This document shows, one piece after another, positions 7,234-16,724 of a stretch of 64,000 nucleotides of DNA. The position numbers and the translations under genes are program-made. Each line of letters begins with the position of its first letter. Position 1 is the stretch's first letter. Below the pieces are notes generated by a model. It saw only the letters and a list, made by a program, of their open reading frames with translations. It searched no databases and was not told the DNA's origin. Origin of the DNA: Halodesulfurarchaeum sp. (GTDB lineage Archaea > Halobacteriota > Halobacteria > Halobacteriales > Halobacteriaceae); the NCBI GenBank assembly GCA_042216015.1, contig JBDGUI010000007.1:1652-65651 (forward strand). Direction: 5' to 3'.

Positions 7234-10103
7234 GCCTCGCCGCCGACCGCAGGGGCCGGATCCCCTTCGCGTTCCTCGGCGCGATCCTCTTGCTCTCCAG
7301 TTCGCTGTATGCGGTCTCGATGGCCCCACCACCGGCGACCGCTCCCGCAGCGGACGAGGTCGTGACCGATGCGCAGATCGAGGCGCGACTGGTCCTCGAG
7401 GCGGCGATCCGCGAGGCCGATCGAAAGGCGGCTGCCGAGCCCGTCCTCGAGCCTGCCGAAGCGGGCATCGGATCGGTCCTGCCCGCCTCCGAAACCTTCG
7501 AACGGGCGCTCGAACTCAGAATGGCTGGAACGGCCCGCAGTGCACTGAACGGCACGACCGTCACCCGGGAGAGTCTCGCGGCGTCAGTGAGCCTTCCACC
7601 GATTCGGAACCGTGCCTCGGCGAAACGAGCCCTAAAGAACGTGAGCATCACTCCCGTCGGGGAGAATCTGTACCGGGTGCGGATCGAGGGGCTTCGGGTG
7701 AGGCTTTCCCGCCACGAGCGAATTATCGATCGGTTTCGCTACAACGCGACCATCACGACCGCGCTCCCCTCGATGGAACTCCACGAGCGGACGAATCGGT
7801 TCGAGTCCCGGCTGCAGGCCGGTCTTGCCCGGCCAGGTCTGTCCCGCGGCCTCACGGCCAGGCTGTTCCCCATCGTCTGGATGCGCGGCTACGCCCAGTA
7901 CGGCGGCGCCCCGATCGTGAACGTGCTCGCGAACCGGCACGTCGAGGTCATGACGAACGACGCCCTTCTCGCCCAGCAGGCGGCCGCGTTCGGGACCGAG
8001 GATCCGGGCGGGAGGGAGGCGACGCGAGTCGCCGCGGCCGACGTCGCAACCCGCGACGCCTTCCTCGGCGCCGAGGAAACCGTGAAGCGGACCCTGGGCG
8101 CACTCCAGCAGCAACCAGCGGGATCGGGCGAACCGGTGACCAGCCCGAACGTGCCGCTGCCGAGCGTCGTGGACACAGAACAGACCGTGGACGCAGACCA
8201 CGCCGCCGACACCGCCTATCTCGCCTTCCTCGACGGACGCGACGGCCGAAGTCTCGAGGCGGTCGTCGACGCGGTCTATCGGGCGGACGTTCGGGTCGAA
8301 GGTCGTGCGACACGCGGGAAAACCGTGTGGAGCAGTGTCGGAACGCCGCCGGAGAACACGACGAAGGTCCACTCGTGGTCGCGAACGGATCGATGGCTCG
8401 ACGGGGGATCCTGGGCCGAGGGGAGCGCTCAGACGCTTCGAACGTTCACGGGTCGCGTAATCGAGGAGACGGTAACGACTCACTACTGGGTCGGGAATCA
8501 CACGTACGGAACGACCAGAACCGTCGAGCGGACGACTCACCGGGTTCAGCTGGAACTCACCTGCCGATATCGTGGGCCGGGGATCGCCCCAGACCGACCC
8601 GACGATCGCTGTCCGTTCGGTCCACTGACCCGGGATCGTCTCGCTCGAGCGGGGACGAGTCGGCTGCTCTCCGGCTCCGCGCTCGAGGACCGCGCGATCG
8701 ACGCAGTCACCGGATCCGCCAGAACCGGGTGGAGAAGGGTGGACATCTCGCCGCCCGAATCGGCACTGAAGCGGGCCAAGCGACGGACGGCCGACCTCAG
8801 AGGTGCAATCCGAGCCGTCACCGTTACCCTCGAAACGCGGTCCGTGGCGAGTTCGACCAATCCGGCCGCGGCACTCGCCGGGGCGATCAGGGACGATCGA
8901 ACGGCGTTGCTCGCCACGCCGTCGCGATACGGGAGCGCGGCGGATCGGGCGGTGACGGCTGCTCGCGTGACCTATCTCGAGCGCGCCGTCGATCGACTCG
9001 ACGCCAAGACGTCGATCGTTCAGAAGGCGCAGAACGCCTTCGCCGACCGGCTCGCGGCGAGCATGGTGCCGAGGAGCGCTCCCGGGCGGGCGAGACCCAG
9101 TCGGGACACCTACGTTGCCTCCGTCGAAGGTGGGCCGGCCTACCTCTCCATCGATCCACCGGGCGGAGGCAAGCCCAGACTCGCCGCCCGGAACGTGAAC
9201 CTCTTCACGATTCCCTACGGTGATGCAGCCGATGCAATCGCCGAGCGGATGGGCGCGGGGGGCCAGGCCACGGTTTCGCTCAGAACTGCCGCCCAGACAC
9301 TCGCCGCCGTGGAAGCGACCGGAGCGGGTGACCCACGATCGCGTCGGGCACTTCGACGGGACGTCGCGGACGCGGTGGAGGGGGCGACCCGACGGTACGA
9401 GACGGTACTCGCAGAATCCCTCGGCACTCGACGGGCCCGTCGGCTGGTCGAGTCCGCAGCTGCGCAGTGGGAATCCGTGGCAGATCGGGGACTGGCGATC
9501 GCGGATGGACGCCTGGCGCGGGCAATCGCCGCCGAACTTCCGGGGACCATTCCGGCGATCGAGCACGATCGGATCGAGGTGGCACTCCGTGTGGCCGGGA
9601 CGGACGCTCGGTCGGCGACCGCGGTTCGGGTCTCCGAGTCACTGGTCGAGGCGGTCCGCGCCGAGGCGACGACCGGTGGGCCGGGTCTCCTGGTGGAGAC
9701 GACGAGAGCGGCCTCGTTGGAGGCCGGTCGGCGGGCCTGGGACGCGGCGACGGACACGAAGATCACCAGGCTGCCCGCGGGGTTGCCGATCCTCCCGGTC
9801 CCGGGTTACTGGTATGCGACCGCGAACGTCTGGACGGTCTCGGTCGAGGGGTCCTACGATCGCTTCGTCGTCAGGGCGCGTCGGGTGGCACCCGGATCAA
9901 TCTCGAACGGGACGGTCGAGTTCGTCAGGGAGAATGCGACGGTGCGGGCGGACATCGACACCGACGACGAACTGGAACGCCTCGGTTCAAATCGGGCGAT
10001 CACCCTGGATGCTCGGACCGGGGTGGTCATCGTCGTTCCACCGGGGGGAGCCGGGGTCGGCGACGTGGACGGGGACCGGAGCGAGGAATCACCTGCCTGG
10101 TGA
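7230..10103 (+). CDS. Large (957 aa) pilus-associated hypothetical protein with class III-like signal peptide
   Basis: DRRG/RIPFAFLGAILLLSSSLY N-terminus; long open frame; ATG overlaps previous stop. Confidence 0.8.
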   Translation: MSLAADRRGRIPFAFLGAILLLSSSLYAVSMAPPPATAPAADEVVTDAQIEARLVLEAAIREADRKAAAEPVLEPAEAGIGSVLPASETFERALELRMAGTARSALNGTTVTRESLAASVSLPPIRNRASAKRALKNVSITPVGENLYRVRIEGLRVRLSRHERIIDRFRYNATITTALPSMELHERTNRFESRLQAGLARPGLSRGLTARLFPIVWMRGYAQYGGAPIVNVLANRHVEVMTNDALLAQQAAAFGTEDPGGREATRVAAADVATRDAFLGAEETVKRTLGALQQQPAGSGEPVTSPNVPLPSVVDTEQTVDADHAADTAYLAFLDGRDGRSLEAVVDAVYRADVRVEGRATRGKTVWSSVGTPPENTTKVHSWSRTDRWLDGGSWAEGSAQTLRTFTGRVIEETVTTHYWVGNHTYGTTRTVERTTHRVQLELTCRYRGPGIAPDRPDDRCPFGPLTRDRLARAGTSRLLSGSALEDRAIDAVTGSARTGWRRVDISPPESALKRAKRRTADLRGAIRAVTVTLETRSVASSTNPAAALAGAIRDDRTALLATPSRYGSAADRAVTAARVTYLERAVDRLDAKTSIVQKAQNAFADRLAASMVPRSAPGRARPSRDTYVASVEGGPAYLSIDPPGGGKPRLAARNVNLFTIPYGDAADAIAERMGAGGQATVSLRTAAQTLAAVEATGAGDPRSRRALRRDVADAVEGATRRYETVLAESLGTRRARRLVESAAAQWESVADRGLAIADGRLARAIAAELPGTIPAIEHDRIEVALRVAGTDARSATAVRVSESLVEAVRAEATTGGPGLLVETTRAASLEAGRRAWDAATDTKITRLPAGLPILPVPGYWYATANVWTVSVEGSYDRFVVRARRVAPGSISNGTVEFVRENATVRADIDTDDELERLGSNRAITLDARTGVVIVVPPGGAGVGDVDGDRSEESPAW

Positions 10104-10109
10104 GTGGGG

Positions 10110-10583
10110 ATGAATCGACCGCCCCTCGACGCGTTTCTCGACGCCGCCATTTCCAACCCGGATGCGGGGGGCAACCTGAGGGATCCTGTCGGGCACAAAG
10201 CGGAGGCGCTGATGGACGTGTTGGCGGCTATCGTGGCCACATACGGGGTCACACACGTCGCCGAGCAGACGGGGCTGGATCGTGACCTGCTCCGTGCCAC
10301 GAGGGATGGGTCCGTCATGGATGAGCACAAACCCGGAGAACGGATCACGCTGGGGACGGCGGCCGAACTTCTCGCCGTGGCGTCGACGTTTTCACCGACC
10401 GAGGTCCGGGCTCGTATCCGTGATCACCTGATTCTCTCGATGAGTCGCGGGCCCACCGACGCCGAATCCCTCGCGTCGCGGTACGGGTTCGATGACGTCC
10501 ACACGGTGCGTGACAAAATCGAGGGGGACCGCTCGCTCACGCTTCGCGAGTACGCCAGGCTTCGAGTCGCTCTGGATCGGTAA
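10110..10583 (+). CDS. Hypothetical protein, possible tandem HTH-like repeats
   Basis: GVTHVAEQTGLDRDLL and ESLASRYGFDDVHTVRDKIEGDRSLTLREYARL resemble HTH segments. Confidence 0.6.
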   Translation: MNRPPLDAFLDAAISNPDAGGNLRDPVGHKAEALMDVLAAIVATYGVTHVAEQTGLDRDLLRATRDGSVMDEHKPGERITLGTAAELLAVASTFSPTEVRARIRDHLILSMSRGPTDAESLASRYGFDDVHTVRDKIEGDRSLTLREYARLRVALDR

Positions 10584-10688
10584 GCTTTGGAGCTCCGCCC
10601 CTTTCCGTGCTGGCTGGGCGGAGATCCGTCGTGGTCGCGTTGCCGTCGAATCGCAAACCTTGATTGGGGGCGTCGCGAATCCCGGGGC

Positions 10689-11888
10689 GTGCAGCCCCCG
10701 GAATCACCCGCCGTCGAGCGCCGCCGTCTGCAGGCCTTCTCCTCGCTTCTGGTGCTCGTGTTCCTGGTCAACTTCGGACGGGTGGTCTTTGCGCCGCTGC
10801 TCGATCCCTTCCTCCGGGTGTTCGACGCCGGCGAGGCGACTGTCGGGCTGATCGCCACGCTCGCGTGGCTCGGGAGTGCCGTTCCCAGGCTTCCGACGGG
10901 GTACCTCCTCACGCGTTTCAAGCGGGAACACGTCGTCTTCGGCACCGGTGTCCTGTTGACGGGTGCCGCCCTGTTCACCGCACTCGCCCAGTCGGTATGG
11001 CACGTCGGGATCGGGGCGTTCCTCCTCGGCTGCTCGAGTGGCATCTATTTCATCGCCGCGAACCCGCTGGTTAGCGAACTTTTCCCCGATCGGGTGGGAC
11101 GGGTCCTTGGCATTCACGGGACGGCCGGCCAGACGGCCGCCGTGGTCGCTCCACTGCTGGTGAGTGTCGCGATCGCCCTCTCCAACTGGCGCCTCCTCTT
11201 CGTGGCCATGGCCGTCGCGGCGATGCTCGGGACGGGCTGGCTGGTCGTGACCGCGCGTCGAACCGACCTCCCGGACGTGGGCCGCGGGGAGCAACATCTC
11301 CTGCGCTCCGTGCGCGCCCACTGGCCGATCATTCTCACTGCCGTTGCGGTCATCGGGGCGACCGGCTTCGTCTGGAACGGCTTTTTCAACTTCTTCGTGC
11401 GCTATCTCATCACGACCAAGAGCCTCTCCCCGGGGCTTGCGGGGGCGATGCTGACGCTCATCTTCGCGGCCGGGCTCCCGGCCTTCTTCTATGGCGGGAG
11501 ACTCGCCGACCGGCTGCCCCGCGTCCCGCTCATGCTGGGAATCATCGGCACCTTCGTGCTCTCGTTGCTCGGGATGACGGTCGTCTCCGGGCTGCTCGGG
11601 ATCGTCCTGGTCACGGTCGTGATGGGGCTGGTCTTTCACAGCCTGCTCCCGGTCATCGATACCTACCTCCTCACCGCGCTCCCCGACGCCGACAGGTCGA
11701 GCGCCTATTCGGCCTACAGCGCCTCGATGATGGTGATCCAGGCGAGTGCAAGCGTGGTCGTGGGGACGCTCGTCGAGACCGGGTTCACCTTCGATCGGGT
11801 CTACCGCTCGTTTTCGATCGTCCTTGTGGGGGTGTTCCTGTTCCTCTTCGTCCTGTACGCGACAAATCGCCTGCCCGAAGGAACATAG
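10689..11888 (+). CDS. MFS transporter
   Basis: About 12 TM helices; motif-A-like GGRLADRLPR; start moved to in-frame GTG 10689. Confidence 0.88.
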   Translation: MQPPESPAVERRRLQAFSSLLVLVFLVNFGRVVFAPLLDPFLRVFDAGEATVGLIATLAWLGSAVPRLPTGYLLTRFKREHVVFGTGVLLTGAALFTALAQSVWHVGIGAFLLGCSSGIYFIAANPLVSELFPDRVGRVLGIHGTAGQTAAVVAPLLVSVAIALSNWRLLFVAMAVAAMLGTGWLVVTARRTDLPDVGRGEQHLLRSVRAHWPIILTAVAVIGATGFVWNGFFNFFVRYLITTKSLSPGLAGAMLTLIFAAGLPAFFYGGRLADRLPRVPLMLGIIGTFVLSLLGMTVVSGLLGIVLVTVVMGLVFHSLLPVIDTYLLTALPDADRSSAYSAYSASMMVIQASASVVVGTLVETGFTFDRVYRSFSIVLVGVFLFLFVLYATNRLPEGT

Positions 11889-11890
11889 TG

Positions 11891-12466
11891 ATGGCCGAGC
11901 AGCGAGAGCATCGGACCATGGAGCTTTCAGGGGACGAACTCGCCGGAATCGTGGACCAGTTCGGCGCCCTCTCGCCGGCGGAGCTTCGACGGGCGATTCG
12001 CGAGACGGCCTTTCGGGCCGGCGTCGATCTCGAGGAATCGACGATCGACGACTGGATCGACGGGGCCGAGGCCGATTTCTCGCTTCTGACGGTGGACCTG
12101 GACGGGGAGGCACTCGTGGTGCCCGGGCCGCGGGCGTTTCCCGACGCTCCGGAGGCGGCGAGTGATCTCCCACACGTCATGGACGTCGACCGCCGATCGG
12201 TGCCCGTGGACGCGCTCGAATCTGGACTCAGGAACCGACTCGCCGCAGCGACCGCGGAGCTCGAGGAGGGGGCGACGGCGATCGAGAAGCGGTTGGAGGA
12301 GCGTGAGAAGGCGGGGACGGGAATCGAGGATGGACCGGGTGGAATCGAGGAATCAGATCGCGCACGCGAACTCATCGACGTGACCTACGACGCCGAGGCC
12401 TGGGCGGACATCGACCTGGGAGACGTTCGGGACCGGCTCTCCGGTCTCGCGGAGCAGGAAAGCTAA
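11891..12466 (+). CDS. Conserved haloarchaeal hypothetical protein
   Basis: Acidic ORF with haloarchaeal codon usage, between the MFS and Nudix genes. Confidence 0.7.
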   Translation: MAEQREHRTMELSGDELAGIVDQFGALSPAELRRAIRETAFRAGVDLEESTIDDWIDGAEADFSLLTVDLDGEALVVPGPRAFPDAPEAASDLPHVMDVDRRSVPVDALESGLRNRLAAATAELEEGATAIEKRLEEREKAGTGIEDGPGGIEESDRARELIDVTYDAEAWADIDLGDVRDRLSGLAEQES

Positions 12467-12489
12467 GTTGCTGTGTGCGAATTGGGCGT

Positions 12490-13080
12490 ATGGACCTCGG
12501 ACCGGTCGCCGATCGCGATCCGACGATCGTTTCGGACCCCGCCCGAAAAGCGGCCGTGCTGGTCCCGGTCATCGACGGTCCGGCAACGGAACTCCTCTTC
12601 ATCGAGCGGTCCGCGAACCTGGCGGAACATCCGGGGGAGATGGGATTTCCCGGCGGTGGTTACGAGCCGAGTGACGAGGACCGCTGGGCGACGGCCGTTC
12701 GCGAATCGGGCGAGGAGATCGGCCTCGATCGCGAGGAGATCTCGCCAGTGGGTCGACTCGACGACGTGGAGACGGTGACCGGGTACACCGTGTCCCCCTT
12801 CGTCGCTCGAGTTCCCCGCCGCGGCTATCGACCGACGGACGCCGAGGTCGCAACCGTCGTTTCCCTCCCCGTCTCGGCGTTAACCGACCCGGAGAACCAT
12901 TCCTTCGAACCGCGGGAACACCCCGAAGATGGCACTGTCCCCTGTCATCACTTCCGGGTGGACGGGTACACCATCTGGGGCGCGACGGCACGGATGCTGG
13001 TTCAATTGCTCACACTTGGCACCGAGTGGATCGAACCGACGCCACCGGCCCGGCTGCTGGGAGAGTCGATGAGCGAATGA
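12490..13080 (+). CDS. Nudix hydrolase, CoA pyrophosphatase-like
   Basis: FPGGGYEPSDEDRWATAVRESGEEIG Nudix box; AAVLVP, HPGEMGFPGG and IWGATA motifs of the NudL/CoAse family. Confidence 0.88.
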   Translation: MDLGPVADRDPTIVSDPARKAAVLVPVIDGPATELLFIERSANLAEHPGEMGFPGGGYEPSDEDRWATAVRESGEEIGLDREEISPVGRLDDVETVTGYTVSPFVARVPRRGYRPTDAEVATVVSLPVSALTDPENHSFEPREHPEDGTVPCHHFRVDGYTIWGATARMLVQLLTLGTEWIEPTPPARLLGESMSE

Positions 13081-13099
13081 AGTGATCCGAACGGTCCTG

Positions 13100-13258
13100 T
13101 CAGACGGTGACGTCCTCGAGCGTGTCCGTCCGTCCACAGTAGGGACAGGCGAAGTCCTCGACGCCGGTGTCCTCGGGCATGTCGTAGGTATAGTGGGCCT
13201 CGAACATGTCGAGTTCGCAGTCGGGGTTCGTGCACGTGAACTCCTTCGTCGGTGGCAT
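13100..13258 (-). CDS. Small (52 aa) CPxCG-type zinc-finger protein, absent from ORF track
   Basis: MPPTKEFTCTNPDCELDMFEAHYTYDMPEDTGVEDFACPYCGRTDTLEDVTV*; CxxxxC plus CPYCG; TTAAA on the minus strand about 25 nt upstream. Confidence 0.85.
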   Translation of the reverse strand: MPPTKEFTCTNPDCELDMFEAHYTYDMPEDTGVEDFACPYCGRTDTLEDVTV

Positions 13259-13381
13259 GGGCTCCTTTACTCGCGGGTGGGTTTAAGCCCGATGGGCCGG
13301 CTCCGGACTCTCCTGCACAGCGAAAATCCCGCTGTGGACCGCCCCGGTGTCCTTTTCCCGGTCGAACGGTAATCGGATCTG

Positions 13382-15106
13382 ATGACCGATCCCGGCAGTC
13401 TCTCGGTGGTTCTCGTCGACGGCTACGTCGACGAACCGGCCCACTTCGGGGTCCCGCCGTACCTCTCCACCTATCCCCGATACACGGCCGGGGCGCTCCG
13501 GGACGCGGGAGTTCCGCGCGAGTCGATCACCTACCACACGATCGACGAATTGCGCGAGGATCGCTCCCGGTGGCGGGACGTCGAATCGGCCGATCTGCTG
13601 GTGTATCTCGGTGGAATGACCGTTCCCGGGAGCTACGTTGGCGGCACGCCCGCCGAACCGGACGAAGCCCGGAAACTGGCCTGGACGGCCGAGGGAACCA
13701 GCGTGATGGGCGGACCGGTTCGATTCGGGGTCGGCACCGCGAACGAAGGGGGGACCGAGACCTCGCGTGCGGACCTCGACTTCGACTTCGTGGCCGGGGC
13801 GGACGTCGAGGCGGCCGTTCACGACCTGGTCCGGAACGGCCTCGAGGGCTTCAACGACCGGTATCGCGACCTCGAGGAGGCCGACCGCTGGGCCAGACGG
13901 GGAGCCTTCCTCACGGGCCAACATCCGGACCACCCGGACGGGTTGATCGTGGAGATCGAGACCGCGCGGGGCTGTGCGTTTCGGTGTTCGTTCTGCACCG
14001 AACCCATGTACGGCGATCCGACCTTCAGGGATCCGGGGGCGATCCATGCGGAGGTGGCGGCCCTCGCCGAACGGGGGGTCTCACACTTCCGACTCGGTCG
14101 ACAGGCGGACATACTCGCCTATGGTGGCGACGGCGAGCGACCGAATCCCGGGGCCCTGGAGACCCTCTACGCCGGGATCCGCGAGGTCGCACCGGACCTC
14201 GATACCCTCCACATGGACAACATGAACCCGGTGACGATCGTGAGGTACCCCGAGCGCTCCCGGGAGGCCCTCTCGACCATCGCGACGTACAACACGCCGG
14301 GTGACACGGCGGCCTTCGGCGTCGAGAGCGCGGACCCGGTCGTCCAGGAGGAAAACGACCTCCTCGTCACGCCCGAGGAGGCCGTGGAGGCCGTCCGGAT
14401 CGTCAACGAGATCGGTGGCTTTCGGCCCGGGGAGGACCGATCTGGGGCCCCATCGATCGACCCTGGGATTCCAACCCGACTCCCGACGCTGCTTCCGGGA
14501 CTGAACTTCGTACACGGCCTGGCCGGCGAGCGCGAGGAGACCTTCGAACACAACCGTGAATTCCTGGATTCGATCCTCGAGGCGGGGCTGATGGTCCGCC
14601 GCATCAACATCCGTCAGGTGATGGCCTTCGAGGGCACGGAGATGGAGTCGACGGGCGCGGACCTCGCGAGGGCTCACAAGAAGCAGTTCAAATCGTATCG
14701 AGCAGCCGTTCGGGAGGAGATCGACGTGCCGATGCTCCGGCGGGTCGCCCCACCGGGAACGGTGCTTCCCGACGTGCGGATGGAGTACCACGAGGGCGAG
14801 CACACCTTCGGGCGACAGGCCGGGACGTATCCGCTCCTCGTGGGAATTCCTGGCGAGCACCCGCTCGGAACCACTCTCGACGTGGCCGTGGTCGATCACG
14901 GCCCCCGATCGGTCACCGCGGTCCCCTATCCGCTCTCGCTTTCTGCGGCCACCATGGACGAACTGACAGCCATTCCCGGCATCGGCGCCTCGACCGCGGG
15001 TGACATTCTCGTCGGTCGGCCCTACGACTCACTCGACGCCGCTCCCGCCGCAGAAACGCTCGCCCCGTTTCTCGGGGGAACGGCTACTCGAACTCCGCTT
15101 CGATGA
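13382..15106 (+). CDS. Radical SAM protein with C-terminal TRAM-like and HhH domains
   Basis: ETARGCAFRCSFC (CxxxCxxC); C-terminal ATMDELTAIPGIG HhH. Confidence 0.88.
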   Translation: MTDPGSLSVVLVDGYVDEPAHFGVPPYLSTYPRYTAGALRDAGVPRESITYHTIDELREDRSRWRDVESADLLVYLGGMTVPGSYVGGTPAEPDEARKLAWTAEGTSVMGGPVRFGVGTANEGGTETSRADLDFDFVAGADVEAAVHDLVRNGLEGFNDRYRDLEEADRWARRGAFLTGQHPDHPDGLIVEIETARGCAFRCSFCTEPMYGDPTFRDPGAIHAEVAALAERGVSHFRLGRQADILAYGGDGERPNPGALETLYAGIREVAPDLDTLHMDNMNPVTIVRYPERSREALSTIATYNTPGDTAAFGVESADPVVQEENDLLVTPEEAVEAVRIVNEIGGFRPGEDRSGAPSIDPGIPTRLPTLLPGLNFVHGLAGEREETFEHNREFLDSILEAGLMVRRINIRQVMAFEGTEMESTGADLARAHKKQFKSYRAAVREEIDVPMLRRVAPPGTVLPDVRMEYHEGEHTFGRQAGTYPLLVGIPGEHPLGTTLDVAVVDHGPRSVTAVPYPLSLSAATMDELTAIPGIGASTAGDILVGRPYDSLDAAPAAETLAPFLGGTATRTPLR

Positions 15107-15488
15107 CCTCGCCGACCGCGAAATTCGATTTCACCTCGCTGATCTCGACTTTCACTCGCTCGCCCATCTCTGCGCCGGGGACGATGATGACGTAACCGCG
15201 CTCCACCCGGGCGATCCCGTCGCCCTGCTTGCCGATGTCCTCGATCTCGACGTAGCGAATCTCGCCGACTTCGACGGGCGGCTGGGGTTCGGACGGCACG
15301 CCGGTCTCGGTCTGTTCGGTCGTCTCGGCGGGGCCCTCCCCGCGGGCGATGATGGCGACGCGATAGATCGATTCGGGGTCGATCGTCCCGTTTTCGATCT
15401 CCCGTTCGGGGATCTCGACGACGTAGCCGTCGTCGGTTTCGGTGATTTCTCCGTTGAACAGACAGAGGAGTTGCTCAGAGATTTCCAT
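15084..15488 (-). CDS. TRAM domain protein
   Basis: PPVEVGEIRYVEIEDIGKQGDGIARVERGYVIIVPG...NFAVGEV. Confidence 0.9.
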   Translation of the reverse strand: MEISEQLLCLFNGEITETDDGYVVEIPEREIENGTIDPESIYRVAIIARGEGPAETTEQTETGVPSEPQPPVEVGEIRYVEIEDIGKQGDGIARVERGYVIIVPGAEMGERVKVEISEVKSNFAVGEVIEAEFE

Positions 15489-15523
15489 GGATGTGTCCGG
15501 CTGATACTGCAAGCGGACCGGTA

Positions 15524-16183
15524 TTAGTCCTTGTCACCTGCGGACCGGCGTATCGGGCGGCCATCGGGCCACTTTGCTCCCTCCGAGTCGTGAACGACGA
15601 TCGAGTCCGCCGTCACCTGGGGGTCGTAGTTGTCCCGTACCGCGATCGTCTCTCGAATCTCCCGGATCGCCCGCTCTTTGAGCGTTTCGGCGATGGCGCG
15701 GGCTCGCTCGTGGCTCGTCTCCTTGCCCAAGCCCGGACACGCAGAGGCGCGGACCCGACCGGCAGACCTGACGGCGGCAGATTCCGAGATGCCGGTTCCC
15801 GGCAGCGCCAGACTGAACGGGTAGGTCTGACAGAGCAGCGGCCGGGAGGCATAGATCGAACAGCCGGTATGCTCCTCGGCCGTCTCGAGAAACGTGCAAT
15901 TCCGATCCGAGTCGGTCTGGAGCGCCCATTCGAAGGTCTCCCCCCGGTCCCCGTGAACGCCGAAGGGCATCGGGCGGGCGATTTCCTCCCAGGACCGTCC
16001 GGTCGACTCGCGGATCTCCCGGATCTCCTCCGGAAACACGGTCGCTGTGTGGGGGTCATCCGCGGTTCCCCGACAGCACTGCCCACAGCGGGTGCACTCG
16101 AAGCCGATTTCGCGGACGTTGGTGGCGATCGATTCGGGATCGATCGAGCGCGCCCACTCGAGCGCAGCTTCGAGGCGGTCCAT
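15524..16183 (-). CDS. YkgJ-family cysteine-cluster (Zn/Fe-chelating) protein
   Basis: FECTRCGQCC, CTFL, CSIYASRPLLCQTYPF, CPGLG. Confidence 0.85.
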   Translation of the reverse strand: MDRLEAALEWARSIDPESIATNVREIGFECTRCGQCCRGTADDPHTATVFPEEIREIRESTGRSWEEIARPMPFGVHGDRGETFEWALQTDSDRNCTFLETAEEHTGCSIYASRPLLCQTYPFSLALPGTGISESAAVRSAGRVRASACPGLGKETSHERARAIAETLKERAIREIRETIAVRDNYDPQVTADSIVVHDSEGAKWPDGRPIRRSAGDKD

Positions 16184-16232
16184 GGACGGTTGACGTGGCC
16201 GACGGTCAAAAGACCACAGCAAGTGACCCGAC

Positions 16233-16499
16233 TCAGATGTCGAGGTAGTACACCTGCTTCCGGGCGTCGCGGAAGCTGTAGCGCGAATCCACGAGGGAGG
16301 CCTCACTCAGTCGGTTGAGGGCGTAGCGTACCGTGCGGTCGGGGAGGAGACTCTCCTCTGCGAGCTGGCCCTGGGAGAGGGGCTCCTCGGTCTCGAGGAC
16401 CTTGGCGACCAGTTTCGCACTCGGTGGGAGCTCGCGGAGGCGTTCGCGGAACTCGTCGTTCGACTGGATCGGGGATTGGCCAGTGGCCGTCGTACTCAT
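16233..16499 (-). CDS. Lrs14/MarR-like winged-helix DNA-binding protein
   Basis: LPPSAKLVAKVL...LSQGQLAEESLLPDRTVRYALNRL...DARKQVY. Confidence 0.88.
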   Translation of the reverse strand: MSTTATGQSPIQSNDEFRERLRELPPSAKLVAKVLETEEPLSQGQLAEESLLPDRTVRYALNRLSEASLVDSRYSFRDARKQVYYLDI

Positions 16500-16724
16500 G
16501 ACTGTGGGTCACATATGAGGAAAGGTAAAGGTTATCTATACGTGTGACTATATTCCTTATACAATATTAGGGCGGTTCGACCGGCGAATGCCCGGACCCG
16601 GAGAATCGTCACTGGCGGATTCGAGGGTGGGGTGGTGCATGAATTCGGGCGCCCGGGGCTGACCGGAACCTGTTCGATCGTTTCCAGTATGGTTTTAACC
16701 TCGGACCGGCGTGTTTGTGATGAC

